Shown in pieces: positions 22,990 through 38,897 of a stretch of 64,000 nucleotides of DNA. How positions within the stretch are numbered: the stretch's first letter is position 1; each line of letters begins with the position of its first letter. The notes beneath the pieces were generated by a model. The model did no database searches. It worked only from the letters and a program-made list of their open reading frames with translations, and was not told the DNA's origin. A program made the translations under genes and the position numbers. The stretch is from Pseudomonas aeruginosa PAO1 (GTDB lineage Bacteria; Pseudomonadota; Gammaproteobacteria; Pseudomonadales; Pseudomonadaceae), in assembly GCF_000006765.1 (NCBI RefSeq), contig NC_002516.2; one strand, written 5' to 3'.

Positions 22990-24057
22990 TCAGCCGTGGT
23001 ACTGCGCCGACAGCTCGTGCACCGCCTCGAAGAAGGCGCCGGCATGGGCCGGGTCGACTTCCGGGGTGATGCCGTGGCCGAGATTGAACACATGCCCCGT
23101 ACCCTTGCCGTAGGCCGCCAGGATCCGCGCGACTTCGGCGCGGATCGCCGCCGGATTGGCGTAGAGCACCGAAGGATCCATGTTGCCTTGCAGGGCTACG
23201 CGCTCACCGACACGGGCCCGGGCGCTGCCGATGTCGCAGGTCCAGTCCAGGCCCAGCGCCTCGGCGCCGACCTCGGCCATCGACTCCAGCCACAGGCCGC
23301 CTCCCTTGGTGAAGAGGATCACCGGCACCCGGCGTCCGTCGTGCTCGCGGATCAATCCATCGACGATCTTGCGCATGTAGGCCAGGGAGAACTCCTGGTA
23401 GGCCGCCGCCGACAGGCTGCCGCCCCATGAGTCGAAGATCTGCACCGCCTGGGCGCCGGCGTGGATCTGCCCGTTGAGGTAGCTGGTCACCGATTGCGCC
23501 AGCTTGTCCAGCAGAGCGTGCATGGCCTTGGGGTTGTCGTAGAGCATCGCCTTGGACTTGCGGAAGTCCTTGCTCGAGCCGCCCTCGACCATGTAGGTGG
23601 CGAGGGTCCAGGGGCTGCCGGAGAAGCCGATCAGCGGTACGCGGCCGTTCAGCTCGCGGCGGATGGTGCGCACGGCGTCCATCACATAGCCCAGGTCCTG
23701 TTCCGGATCGGGAACCGGCAGCGCCTCGATGTCGGCCAGCGACGAGACCACCTTGCGGAAGCGCGGGCCTTCGCCGGTCTCGAAGTACAGGCCCTGGCCC
23801 ATGGCATCGGGAATGGTCAGGATATCGGAGAAGAGGATCGCGGCGTCCAGCTGCGGGTAACGGTCCAGCGGCTGCAGGGTCACTTCGCAGGCCAGCTCCG
23901 GGTTCATGCACAGGCTCATGAAATCGCCGGCCTTGGCACGGGTGGCACGGTATTCCGGCAGGTAACGACCGGCCTGGCGCATCATCCAGACGGGGGTGAC
24001 ATCGACGGGCTGCTTGAGCAGGGCGCGGAGGAAGCGGTCGTTCTTCAGGGCAGTCAT
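22990..24057 (-). CDS. hemE: Uroporphyrinogen decarboxylase
   Basis: [36 protein letters not shown] motifs; 355 aa. Confidence 0.97.
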   Translation of the reverse strand: MTALKNDRFLRALLKQPVDVTPVWMMRQAGRYLPEYRATRAKAGDFMSLCMNPELACEVTLQPLDRYPQLDAAILFSDILTIPDAMGQGLYFETGEGPRFRKVVSSLADIEALPVPDPEQDLGYVMDAVRTIRRELNGRVPLIGFSGSPWTLATYMVEGGSSKDFRKSKAMLYDNPKAMHALLDKLAQSVTSYLNGQIHAGAQAVQIFDSWGGSLSAAAYQEFSLAYMRKIVDGLIREHDGRRVPVILFTKGGGLWLESMAEVGAEALGLDWTCDIGSARARVGERVALQGNMDPSVLYANPAAIRAEVARILAAYGKGTGHVFNLGHGITPEVDPAHAGAFFEAVHELSAQYHG

Positions 24058-24110
24058 AACGGCATCCGATCAAAGGCTGCTGGCTTCACGCGGGCGCGTG
24101 CGGAAGGGGG

Positions 24111-24119
24111 TTATCCACA
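24111..24119 (+). promoter_or_regulatory. Perfect DnaA box in hemE upstream region
   Basis: TTATCCACA, an exact match to the R-type DnaA box, 53 bp upstream of the hemE ATG. Function is not shown. Confidence 0.45.
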
Positions 24120-24161
24120 GGCCGGCGGGCGAAAAGGGCCGCTATTGTCGCAAAGCACAAA

Positions 24162-24193
24162 ACAAAAGGCACGGCGGGGGCCGTGCCTTTTGT
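24162..24193. terminator. Intrinsic terminator of gltBD (symmetrical)
   Basis: ACAAAAGGCACGG-cggggg-CCGTGCCTTTTGT, 13-bp inverted repeat with a T-run on each strand, downstream of gltD. Confidence 0.88.
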
Positions 24194-24233
24194 CTATCGC
24201 GGTGATTTGTCGCAGCGCCGGTGGCGCCGCGGA

Positions 24234-25676
<1,443 letters not shown>

Positions 25677-25695
25677 TCATCACAACTTCGGGCGC

Positions 25696-30141
<4,446 letters not shown>

Positions 30142-30230
30142 AAGGAACTCTCACCGGCAAAACTTTTTTAGTCATCTACTTCGCCTGTCACCCGCTCATG
30201 CGGCGAGTTTTCGACAGGCAAAGGGAGGCC

Positions 30231-30259
30231 ATTGTACATAGGTGCACAAGGCCTCACAA
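30231..30259 (-). promoter_or_regulatory. Putative sigma70 promoter of gltBD
   Basis: Minus strand TTGTGA-N17-TACAAT. Confidence 0.6.
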
Positions 30260-30265
30260 ATTTTG

Positions 30266-30307
30266 CGGCGAGAAAATGAAATTCAATGTCGCCAAAATGA
30301 AAGACGA
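30266..30307. promoter_or_regulatory. ArgR (AraC-type) tandem binding site upstream of gltB
   Basis: CGGCGA-gaaaat-GAAA-ttcaa then TGTCGC-caaaat-GAAA at an exact 21-bp period, matching the P. aeruginosa ArgR consensus TGTCGC-N6-GNAA-N5 repeated twice. ArgR repression of gltBD is recalled from literature. Confidence 0.7.
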
Positions 30308-30365
30308 AACCCGCCGGTCATGCTAACGACTAGCGAGTTTCGTCAAGAGGCGACGGCAGGTCGGA

Positions 30366-32021
30366 TCAATGCGCCTGGCCGATCTCCTGCTGGATGCTGG
30401 CGAAGGTACGCGGCCACGGCTTGCCGGCCTGCACCTTGGACGGCAGTTTTTTCACTGCCGCCAGGGCGGCGGCACGGTTCGGGAAGCTGCCATAGGTGAC
30501 GACGTAGAACGGCTTGCCTTGCAGGGTTTTCTTGAAGTAGCGGAAATCGCCGCCGCCCTGCTGGCGAATGAACGCCTGGGCATTGGCTTCGGAGCCGGTA
30601 CCGAGGATCTGCAGGGCGAAGTTACCACCAGACTGGTTGCGATACCACTGGCTTCCCGCACCGCCACCGCTGGCCGGCTTGGCGGCCGGAGCCGGGGCCG
30701 GCTTCGCCGCGGCGGTGGTGGCCGGCTTGCTCGCCGCAGGCTTGGCCGGAGCGGGGGCCGGGGCCGGCTTGCTGGCCGGGGCGCTGGCGACCGGCGCGGC
30801 CGGTGCCGGGGTCTGCGTCGGAGTCGGGGTCGCCGCAGGCGCGGTCGGTTCGGTCGGCGCCGGCGGCACCGGATGCATCGGCGTGACGCCGTTGTTGGCC
30901 AGCGGCGTCACCGGAGGAGCCGAGCTGGAAACGGTAGGCGGCACCGCGGCGGACGGCAGGCCGCCTTCGTCGTCGCCACCTTGCCCGGCGGCCTGGGCCA
31001 GCGGCTCGCGAATGACCGGCTGCGACTCGCCGACCAACGGTAGCGGCAACGGCTGGCTGGAGCCGTTGAACTCCACGGCCGGGCCGCTGCCCGGCTGCTG
31101 GGCCTGGGCCGGCGTAGCGCCATTCATGGACAATTCGGTAGAGGCGGTCTGCGGCGCCTCCGGCTTGCTCTTGCCTTGCATGAACCAGGCGGCGATCACG
31201 CCGATGGCCACGACCGCAAGAATCACCAGATGCTTCTTGGGCAAGTTGAAAGACCCTCCGGTTGCCTTGCGCGCTGCGCCACGATTGGCCAGCATCGCTT
31301 CGATCAGGGCATCGCGGGCGACCTGGTTGATCGCTCCCGGCCAGCCTTCCGACTGCTCGTGGATGTCCACCAGCAGGTCGTTGGAAATCAGCTCGATGCC
31401 CTGCCCGGCGCCCTCGAGACGCTGGGCCAGGTAGTCGCGGGTTTCCTCTTCGCTGTATGGCTGCAACTCGATGGCATGGAAGCGCTCCTCACCCTCGGAA
31501 AACACCTCCAGGCGCGGCAGCAACGACGGCTCACCGAACAGGAATACATGCAGGCGTCCCTCGTTGGTGCCGGAAGCCAGCAGCAACAGCACTTCCAGCG
31601 CGCTGTCCTGGAGCTGCTCGGCATCGTCCACCATCAGGTAGACGTCCTGCCCGGTGATCGCCAGCTGCGCCACCTTGGTCAGGATCGCCTCCAGGCTCGC
31701 CTGGTTGATGCTCAGGCCCTGCGCCACCTGGCGCAGCAACGAAGTCTCGTCGGCGGCGGTGCGCGCCGAGATCACCACGCTGAGGACCGCATCCTTGTTG
31801 GTGCTGGCCACCAGCGCCTGGCGCAACAGGGTCTTGCCGCTGCCCAGGGGCCCGGTGACCAGCAGCAGGAGCTGGCTGTAGCGGGCCAGATGGTGCAACT
31901 GGCCGAGCACCGGCTTGCGCTGCGCCGGGAAGAACTTGAAACCCGGAACGCGCGGCGCGAACGGGTCGTGACTGAATTGGTAGTGGCCCAGGAAGGCCTC
32001 ATCGGCATGCAAGCTGGTCAT
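30366..32021 (-). CDS. damX: DamX-like protein: ExeA-like AAA ATPase, TM helix, Pro/Ala linker, SPOR domain
   Basis: Walker A GPLGSGKT, Walker B LMVDDAEQL, one TM, C-terminal SPOR (FALQILG, YVVTYGSF, KPWPR); follows aroB as in enterobacteria. Confidence 0.82.
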   Translation of the reverse strand: MTSLHADEAFLGHYQFSHDPFAPRVPGFKFFPAQRKPVLGQLHHLARYSQLLLLVTGPLGSGKTLLRQALVASTNKDAVLSVVISARTAADETSLLRQVAQGLSINQASLEAILTKVAQLAITGQDVYLMVDDAEQLQDSALEVLLLLASGTNEGRLHVFLFGEPSLLPRLEVFSEGEERFHAIELQPYSEEETRDYLAQRLEGAGQGIELISNDLLVDIHEQSEGWPGAINQVARDALIEAMLANRGAARKATGGSFNLPKKHLVILAVVAIGVIAAWFMQGKSKPEAPQTASTELSMNGATPAQAQQPGSGPAVEFNGSSQPLPLPLVGESQPVIREPLAQAAGQGGDDEGGLPSAAVPPTVSSSAPPVTPLANNGVTPMHPVPPAPTEPTAPAATPTPTQTPAPAAPVASAPASKPAPAPAPAKPAASKPATTAAAKPAPAPAAKPASGGGAGSQWYRNQSGGNFALQILGTGSEANAQAFIRQQGGGDFRYFKKTLQGKPFYVVTYGSFPNRAAALAAVKKLPSKVQAGKPWPRTFASIQQEIGQAH

Positions 32022-32027
32022 GGGACC

Positions 32028-33134
32028 TCATTCATCTCCAAGCTGGTCGGCCAAGGCCCGATAGTCGGTGCGCAGGGTCGCGTCCAAGATCTCACGGGGA
32101 AAATCGCCGGTGACCACGGCATTCCCCAGTCCTTGCAGCAAAACCAGACGCAGGCGGCCATCGAGCACTTTCTTGTCGACGGCCATGTGTTCCATAAAAT
32201 CTTCCGCCGTCATCTCGGCCGGCGGTACCACGGGCAGGCCAGCCCGGCGCAGCAGACGGATACCGCGATCGCGCTCGGCGGCGCTCAGCCAACCCAACCG
32301 ATGCGACATCTCGAGTGCCATCACGGTTCCCGCCCCTACCGCTTCGCCGTGCAACCAGACGCCGTAACCTTGCTGGGTCTCGATCGCGTGACCGAAGGTA
32401 TGGCCGAGGTTCAGCGTGGCACGCACGCCCGACTCGCGCTCGTCGGCGCCCACCACGCGGGCCTTCGCCGCGCAAGAGCGCTCGATGGCCTCGGTGACAA
32501 CGGTCGGCTCCAGTGCCAGCAAGGCATCCATGTGCGCTTCCAGCCAGGTGATGAACGGTTCGTCGCAAATGAAACCGTACTTGATCACCTCCGCCAGCCC
32601 GGCGGACAGCTCGCGGGACGGCAGCGTCTTCAGCGACGCGGTGTCGATGACCACCGCCTGGGGCTGGTAGAACGCACCGATCATGTTCTTGCCCAACGGA
32701 TGGTTGATCCCGGTCTTGCCGCCCACCGAGGAGTCGACCTGGGACAACAGGGTGGTCGGCACCTGGATGAAGTTGACCCCACGCTGGTAGCAGGCCGCGG
32801 CGAAACCGGCCATGTCACCGATGACGCCGCCGCCCAGGGCGATCAGGGTAGTCTTGCGGTCATGCCGCTCCTTCAGCAGGACATCGAAGATCAGTTGCAG
32901 GGTTTCCCACTGCTTGTAGGCCTCGCCGTCGGGCAGCACCACAGGGGTGACCTCGTGGCCTTGCAGTGCCTTGAGCAGGGTTTCCAGATAGAGAGGAGCG
33001 ACCGTTTCGTTGCTGATCACCGCGACCCGGCGACCGACGATATGCGGCGCGAACCAGCGGGCGTCGCCCAGCAGGTTTTCACCGATGTAAATGGGATAGC
33101 TACGCTCGCCTAGATCGACGTGAAGTGTGCGCAT
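32028..33134 (-). CDS. aroB: 3-dehydroquinate synthase
   Basis: [38 protein letters not shown] motifs; 368 aa. Confidence 0.97.
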   Translation of the reverse strand: MRTLHVDLGERSYPIYIGENLLGDARWFAPHIVGRRVAVISNETVAPLYLETLLKALQGHEVTPVVLPDGEAYKQWETLQLIFDVLLKERHDRKTTLIALGGGVIGDMAGFAAACYQRGVNFIQVPTTLLSQVDSSVGGKTGINHPLGKNMIGAFYQPQAVVIDTASLKTLPSRELSAGLAEVIKYGFICDEPFITWLEAHMDALLALEPTVVTEAIERSCAAKARVVGADERESGVRATLNLGHTFGHAIETQQGYGVWLHGEAVGAGTVMALEMSHRLGWLSAAERDRGIRLLRRAGLPVVPPAEMTAEDFMEHMAVDKKVLDGRLRLVLLQGLGNAVVTGDFPREILDATLRTDYRALADQLGDE

Positions 33135-33183
33135 GAGGCCCCCAGACAGGAAAGGGCAATAGGATAACGCAATTCGCCGCGCC

Positions 33184-33702
33184 TCAGCGGGGCGGCAACT
33201 TGCGCAGGCGTTCGAGAATTTCCTGGACGACCAGGCGCGGCGGCCTTTCGTCGGTCTCCACCACCACATCGGCGATTTCGCGGTAGAGCGGGTCGCGCAG
33301 CGCCATCAGGTCGCGGAGGATCTGTCCTGGGTTGGGCTTCTGCAACAAGGGGCGGTTGCGGTCCCGCGCCGTGCGCGCGATCTGGTGCTCGACCGAGGCA
33401 TGCAGGTACACAACCCGGCCACCGGCGCGCAGCACCTGGCGGTTACCGTCGCGCATCACCGCCCCGCCGCCGGTGGCGATCACCATGCCGTCGGCGGCGC
33501 AGAGTTCGGTGAGCATGGCCTGCTCACGCTCGCGGAAACCGACCTCGCCCTCGACATCGAAGATCCATGGGATATTCGCGCCGCACCGCTGTTCGATCTC
33601 CTTGTCGGAGTCCTTGAACGCGAGATGCAGCTCCTTGGCGAGCAGGCGCCCGATGGTGCTCTTTCCAGCACCCATCGGGCCGACGAGGATCAGGTTGACC
33701 AC
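33184..33702 (-). CDS. aroK: Shikimate kinase
   Basis: [26 protein letters not shown] motifs; GTG start; 172 aa. Confidence 0.96.
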
Positions 33703-33713
33703 GTTGTTCGATA

Positions 33714-35858
33714 TCAGCGACCGATTGCGATGGCCTGATTATTCATGATCCGCGGTGTCAGGAAAACCAGAAGTTCGTTTTTCCGGTCGGTGACGGTATC
33801 ACGCCGGAACAGCCGCCCCAGGTAAGGCAGTTCGCCGAGGAACGGCACCTTCTCCACCGACTTGCTCTGCTCGTTACTGAACACGCCGCCGATGACGATG
33901 GTCTCGCCGTCGTTGACCAGGATCTTGGCGTTGACCTCGTTCTTGTTGATAGGAGGTACGCCGTTCAACATATTCTGGTAATCCGGCGCGTCCTTGGTCA
34001 CCTTGACTTCGACGATGATCCGGTTGTCCGGGGTGATCTGCGGGGTCACCTCGAGGGACAGCGCGGCTTCCTTGAACGAGGTGCTGGTAGCGCCGCTGGA
34101 ACTGGCCTCCTGGTAGGGGACTTCCGAGCCCTTGAGGATCTTCGCGGTTTCCTTGTCCGAGGTCACGACCTTGGGTTGGGAGACGATCTCGCCGTTGCCG
34201 GTCTTTTCCATCGCCGACAGTTGCAGGTCGAGGATGATGTTGTCGGTGATGAAGCCGATGCCGATCCCGGAGGTAGCATCCTTGGCACCGAGGTCGACGA
34301 ACGGCGACGGCGACTTGCTGGTACCCGTGGTCGGGAAGGTACAGCTACCGGCGATCGGGCCGCAGTTCATGCCGTCCTCGTCCTTGATCCCGATATTGCC
34401 GTCCTTGCCGTAGCCGCTCCAGTTGCCCTTGTGATAAGCGCCGCCCCAGCGCACACCGAGACTCTTGTCGTAACCGACGTTGGCCTCGACGATGCGTGCC
34501 TCGATCATCACCTGGCGCACCGGAATATCCAGCTGCGAAACGATCCGCCGCAGTTCGTCCAGTCGCTCCTGGGGCTGATAGGCGATGATGCTGTTGGTGC
34601 GGTCGTCGACGGTGATCGAGCCGCGCCCGCCTTCCTTGCCTTCCTGGCCACCATCGCTGGTCACCGACTGGAACAGCTTGGCGATGTCCGCGGCCTTGGC
34701 GTAGTTCACCTGGATCAGTTCCCGGCGCAGTGGCGCCAACTCGGCGATCTGCTTCTGCGCTTCCAGCTCCTGGCGCTCACGGGCGGCGATCTCGTCGGCC
34801 GGGGCCACCAGCAGTACGTTGCCGAGCTTGCGCTTGTCCAGGCCCTTGGTCTTCAGTACCAGGTCCAGCGCCTGGTCCCACGGCACGTTCTGCAGGCGCA
34901 GGGTGATATTGCCCTGCACGGTATCCGAGGCCACCAGATTCAGGTCGGTGAAGTCGGCGATCAGTTGCAGTACCGAACGCACGTCGATGTCCTGGAAGTT
35001 CAGCGACAGTTTCTCGCCGGTATAGGCGAAATTGTCCTTCTTGCGCCGCTCGGCATCTTCCGTGGTCATCGGCTTGATGCTGACGGTCAGGCGATTGTCG
35101 GTCTGGTAGACCAGGTAGTCGTAGAGCCCGCTCGGCTCGATGGTGATGCTGGTACGGTCGGATTGCGCGCTGGCGTTGACGAACTGCACCGGCGTGGCGA
35201 AGTCCTTGACGTCCAGGCGAACCCGCAGCGCATCCGGCAGCTGGGTCTTGGCGAAGTCCAGGCGGATCTTGCCGCCCTGCTCCTGGATATCCGGGCTCAA
35301 GGTCGGGTCGGACAGGTCGATGACCACGTTGCCCTCGCCCTTTTCGCCACGCTGGAAATCGATGTTGCGGATGGCACGACCCGCCGGCACGTACGGCTTG
35401 GGCTTGATCGGCTGGGCATAGCTGGCCGGAGCCGGGCTTGCCTTGACCGGAGCGGCGGAAGCGACGCTGGCGCCGGCCGGCGAATTGCCGACCACCACGA
35501 AGAGGTTGTTGCCTTCCACCCGGGTGGTGTAGGACGACAGCGCGGTCAGGTTGATGATCAACCGTGTGCGATCCTTCGCCTCGACCACCGTGACGCTGCG
35601 CGTATTGCCCACGCTCAGCTCGCGATTCTTGGTGCCGAGCTTGTTCTGCACCCCCGGCAGATCGAGGGCGATTCGCGCCGGCTGCTCGATGGTATAGCCA
35701 CGCGGCGCGGCGACGGGCTCGTCGAACTGCAGCTTTAGCTCGACCCGGTCGCCAGGCAGTGCCGCCACGTCGAGTTTCTCCAGGTCCGCGGCGAGCAATG
35801 CCGGCGCGAACATGGCGGCCAGCAAAGCGATCCCGAGGCGCGAGAGGCCACTGTTCAT
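33714..35858 (-). CDS. pilQ: Type IV pilus secretin
   Basis: Signal peptide, two AMIN domains, [39 protein letters not shown]; 714 aa from ATG 35858. Confidence 0.97.
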
Positions 35859-35911
35859 CGTCCGACTCCGTTGTACAGACTGCTGTTGGTTATGCATGTT
35901 TTTCCCCGCCC

Positions 35912-36436
35912 TCAGGAGCGTTCCTTGAGAGTCAGGCTGCGCGGACGCTCCAGCCAGTTCCCCTCTCCGTCAGGAACGATTTCGATCACGTCTATTTTTC
36001 CTTCGCTGATGCCGACGACCTTGCCGTCGTTGCGCCCCAGGTAGTCCCCGACCCTCACCCGGTGCACGCCACCCGCGCCCTTCACCAGGGCGAAGGTGCC
36101 CTGGGCGTTGGACAGGGTGCCGACCATCTCGAAGGTCTCGATGTTGAAGCCTTCCAGGAACTGCTTGACCCGCGTCTCGTCGGGCTTGATCACCTTGTTG
36201 CCCTTCTGCCGCACGGTCAGGTCGATCTTCACCGGCGGCTGGAACGGGCTGCGTAGCGACGCGGCGCTATAGGTGAAGGCCTCGTACGGCTGGAACTTCG
36301 GCAACGGCTCGATGGTGCCCTTGGGCCGGGCGCGAACCTCGTCCATGTAGGACTGCAGATCGGCGAAATCGGAACCGCCGCCGCATCCGGCCAGGCTGGC
36401 GAGCAGCAGGCTGCTCAGAATCAGGCGGGCTCTCAT
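35912..36436 (-). CDS. pilP: Type IV pilus lipoprotein PilP
   Basis: Lipobox LAGC, RSPF, VRVGDYLGRNDG; operon position. Confidence 0.96.
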   Translation of the reverse strand: MRARLILSSLLLASLAGCGGGSDFADLQSYMDEVRARPKGTIEPLPKFQPYEAFTYSAASLRSPFQPPVKIDLTVRQKGNKVIKPDETRVKQFLEGFNIETFEMVGTLSNAQGTFALVKGAGGVHRVRVGDYLGRNDGKVVGISEGKIDVIEIVPDGEGNWLERPRSLTLKERS

Positions 36437-37056
36437 TTCTTCAGCCCCTTGTCGTTGTAGCGATAGGTCTTGGCCAGGATGCTCATGCGCAGCTTGGACG
36501 TGCTGCCGGGCGCGACCGGCTTGATCTCGAAGTCATGCAGGGTGACGATCCGCGGCAGGCTGGACACGCCGCTGACGAAGGTCGCCAAGTCGTGGTAGCC
36601 GCCGACCACGCTGATCTGGATCGGCAGCTCGATGTAGAACTGCTGGGCAACCTCGGGAAGCAGCTTGATTTCCTCGAACTCCAGGCCGCTGCCCAGGCCG
36701 GTACGAGTGATGTCCTCGAGCAGCCCGGGTACCTCGGTGTCGCTGGGCAACTGCCGCAGCAAGGCGCCAAAGGACTCTTCCATCTCCTTCATCTGTGCCT
36801 TGTAGGCTTCCAGGTTCGCGGCCTGGAAGGCCTTGGTGGAGAACTGCTGCTTGAGCGTCTCCTCTTCCGCGGCCTGCTGTTCGAGCTGAGCCTGCATGTC
36901 ACTCAGATGGAAGTTGTAGCCCAGCGCCAGGACCGCCGCGGTCAGCAGCACGCAGACGATGACCTTGACCGCCGCCGGCCAGGAACCGATGTTGTTCAGG
37001 TCGAGATCGTTGATATCGATCTTGCGCAGACTTTCCAGGGAACTGGCCAGACTCAT
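36433..37056 (-). CDS. pilO: Type IV pilus assembly protein PilO
   Basis: IGSWP, QLPSDTEVPGLL, FYIELPI motifs; 4-bp overlaps with both neighbours; 207 aa. Confidence 0.96.
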   Translation of the reverse strand: MSLASSLESLRKIDINDLDLNNIGSWPAAVKVIVCVLLTAAVLALGYNFHLSDMQAQLEQQAAEEETLKQQFSTKAFQAANLEAYKAQMKEMEESFGALLRQLPSDTEVPGLLEDITRTGLGSGLEFEEIKLLPEVAQQFYIELPIQISVVGGYHDLATFVSGVSSLPRIVTLHDFEIKPVAPGSTSKLRMSILAKTYRYNDKGLKK

Positions 37057-37648
37057 TTCTTGGCTCCTTGCGCAACCCCATGCTTCGCCTTGGCGTCTTC
37101 CTCGCCGGGCTGCGTCTGCTGCACGGTCAGTTGGAACACGTTGGCCTGGTCCACCGCGCCCTGGGTCACCGCCTTGACCTCGTTCAGGGTCGGGGCGGTC
37201 AGCCACTCGGACGCGTCCATGTTGCGCATGAGATTGGAAACGCGGTTGTTGGACTCGGCCGCGCCGGCGATGGCGATGTTCTTGCCGGTCATCTTCAGGT
37301 CGGTGAAATACACGCCGTCGGGCAAGGTCCGCACGAGCTGGTCGAACACCCGTCCGATGATGGGACGGTTGCCCTGCAGGTCCTGGATGATCTTCATCCG
37401 CTCGAGCAATTGCTGGCGCCGCGACTTCAGTTCGCTGATTTCCTTGATCCGGGCGTCGAGTACGACGATTTCCTTGCGCAGGAAGTCGTTGCGGGCGTTC
37501 TGGTTCTCGATGGCCGCGGTGAAGTACTGGTCGCCAAGGAATACCAGCGCAGCCGATGCCACCAGGACGCCGCCAAGAATCACCAGGAACTGCTGCTTGC
37601 GCTGCTCGCGCAGCTCTTCGCGCCAGGGTAGAAGGTTGATCCGTGCCA

Positions 37649-37649
<1 letters not shown>
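37053..37649 (-). CDS. pilN: Type IV pilus assembly protein PilN
   Basis: INLLPWRE N-terminal motif; 198 aa. Confidence 0.96.
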
Positions 37650-38740
<1,091 letters not shown>

Positions 38741-38819
38741 TTACGAACGATTCTTCTTTTTTCACATTAGATACCAGAGCCGAAGGCCAGGCAAATGGCT
38801 AGGTCACAGAAAAATTGCT

Positions 38820-38825
38820 TATAAT
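38820..38825 (+). promoter_or_regulatory. Consensus -10 element for ponA
   Basis: Perfect TATAAT 72 bp upstream of ponA in the AT-rich divergent pilM-ponA gap; no clear -35. Confidence 0.5.
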
Positions 38826-38897
38826 GTGAACAGCTTTTGCCTTTTTCCTGTCCTATTCGCTTAACTCTTTCTTTTTCCTGGAAATCCGAATCTACCC

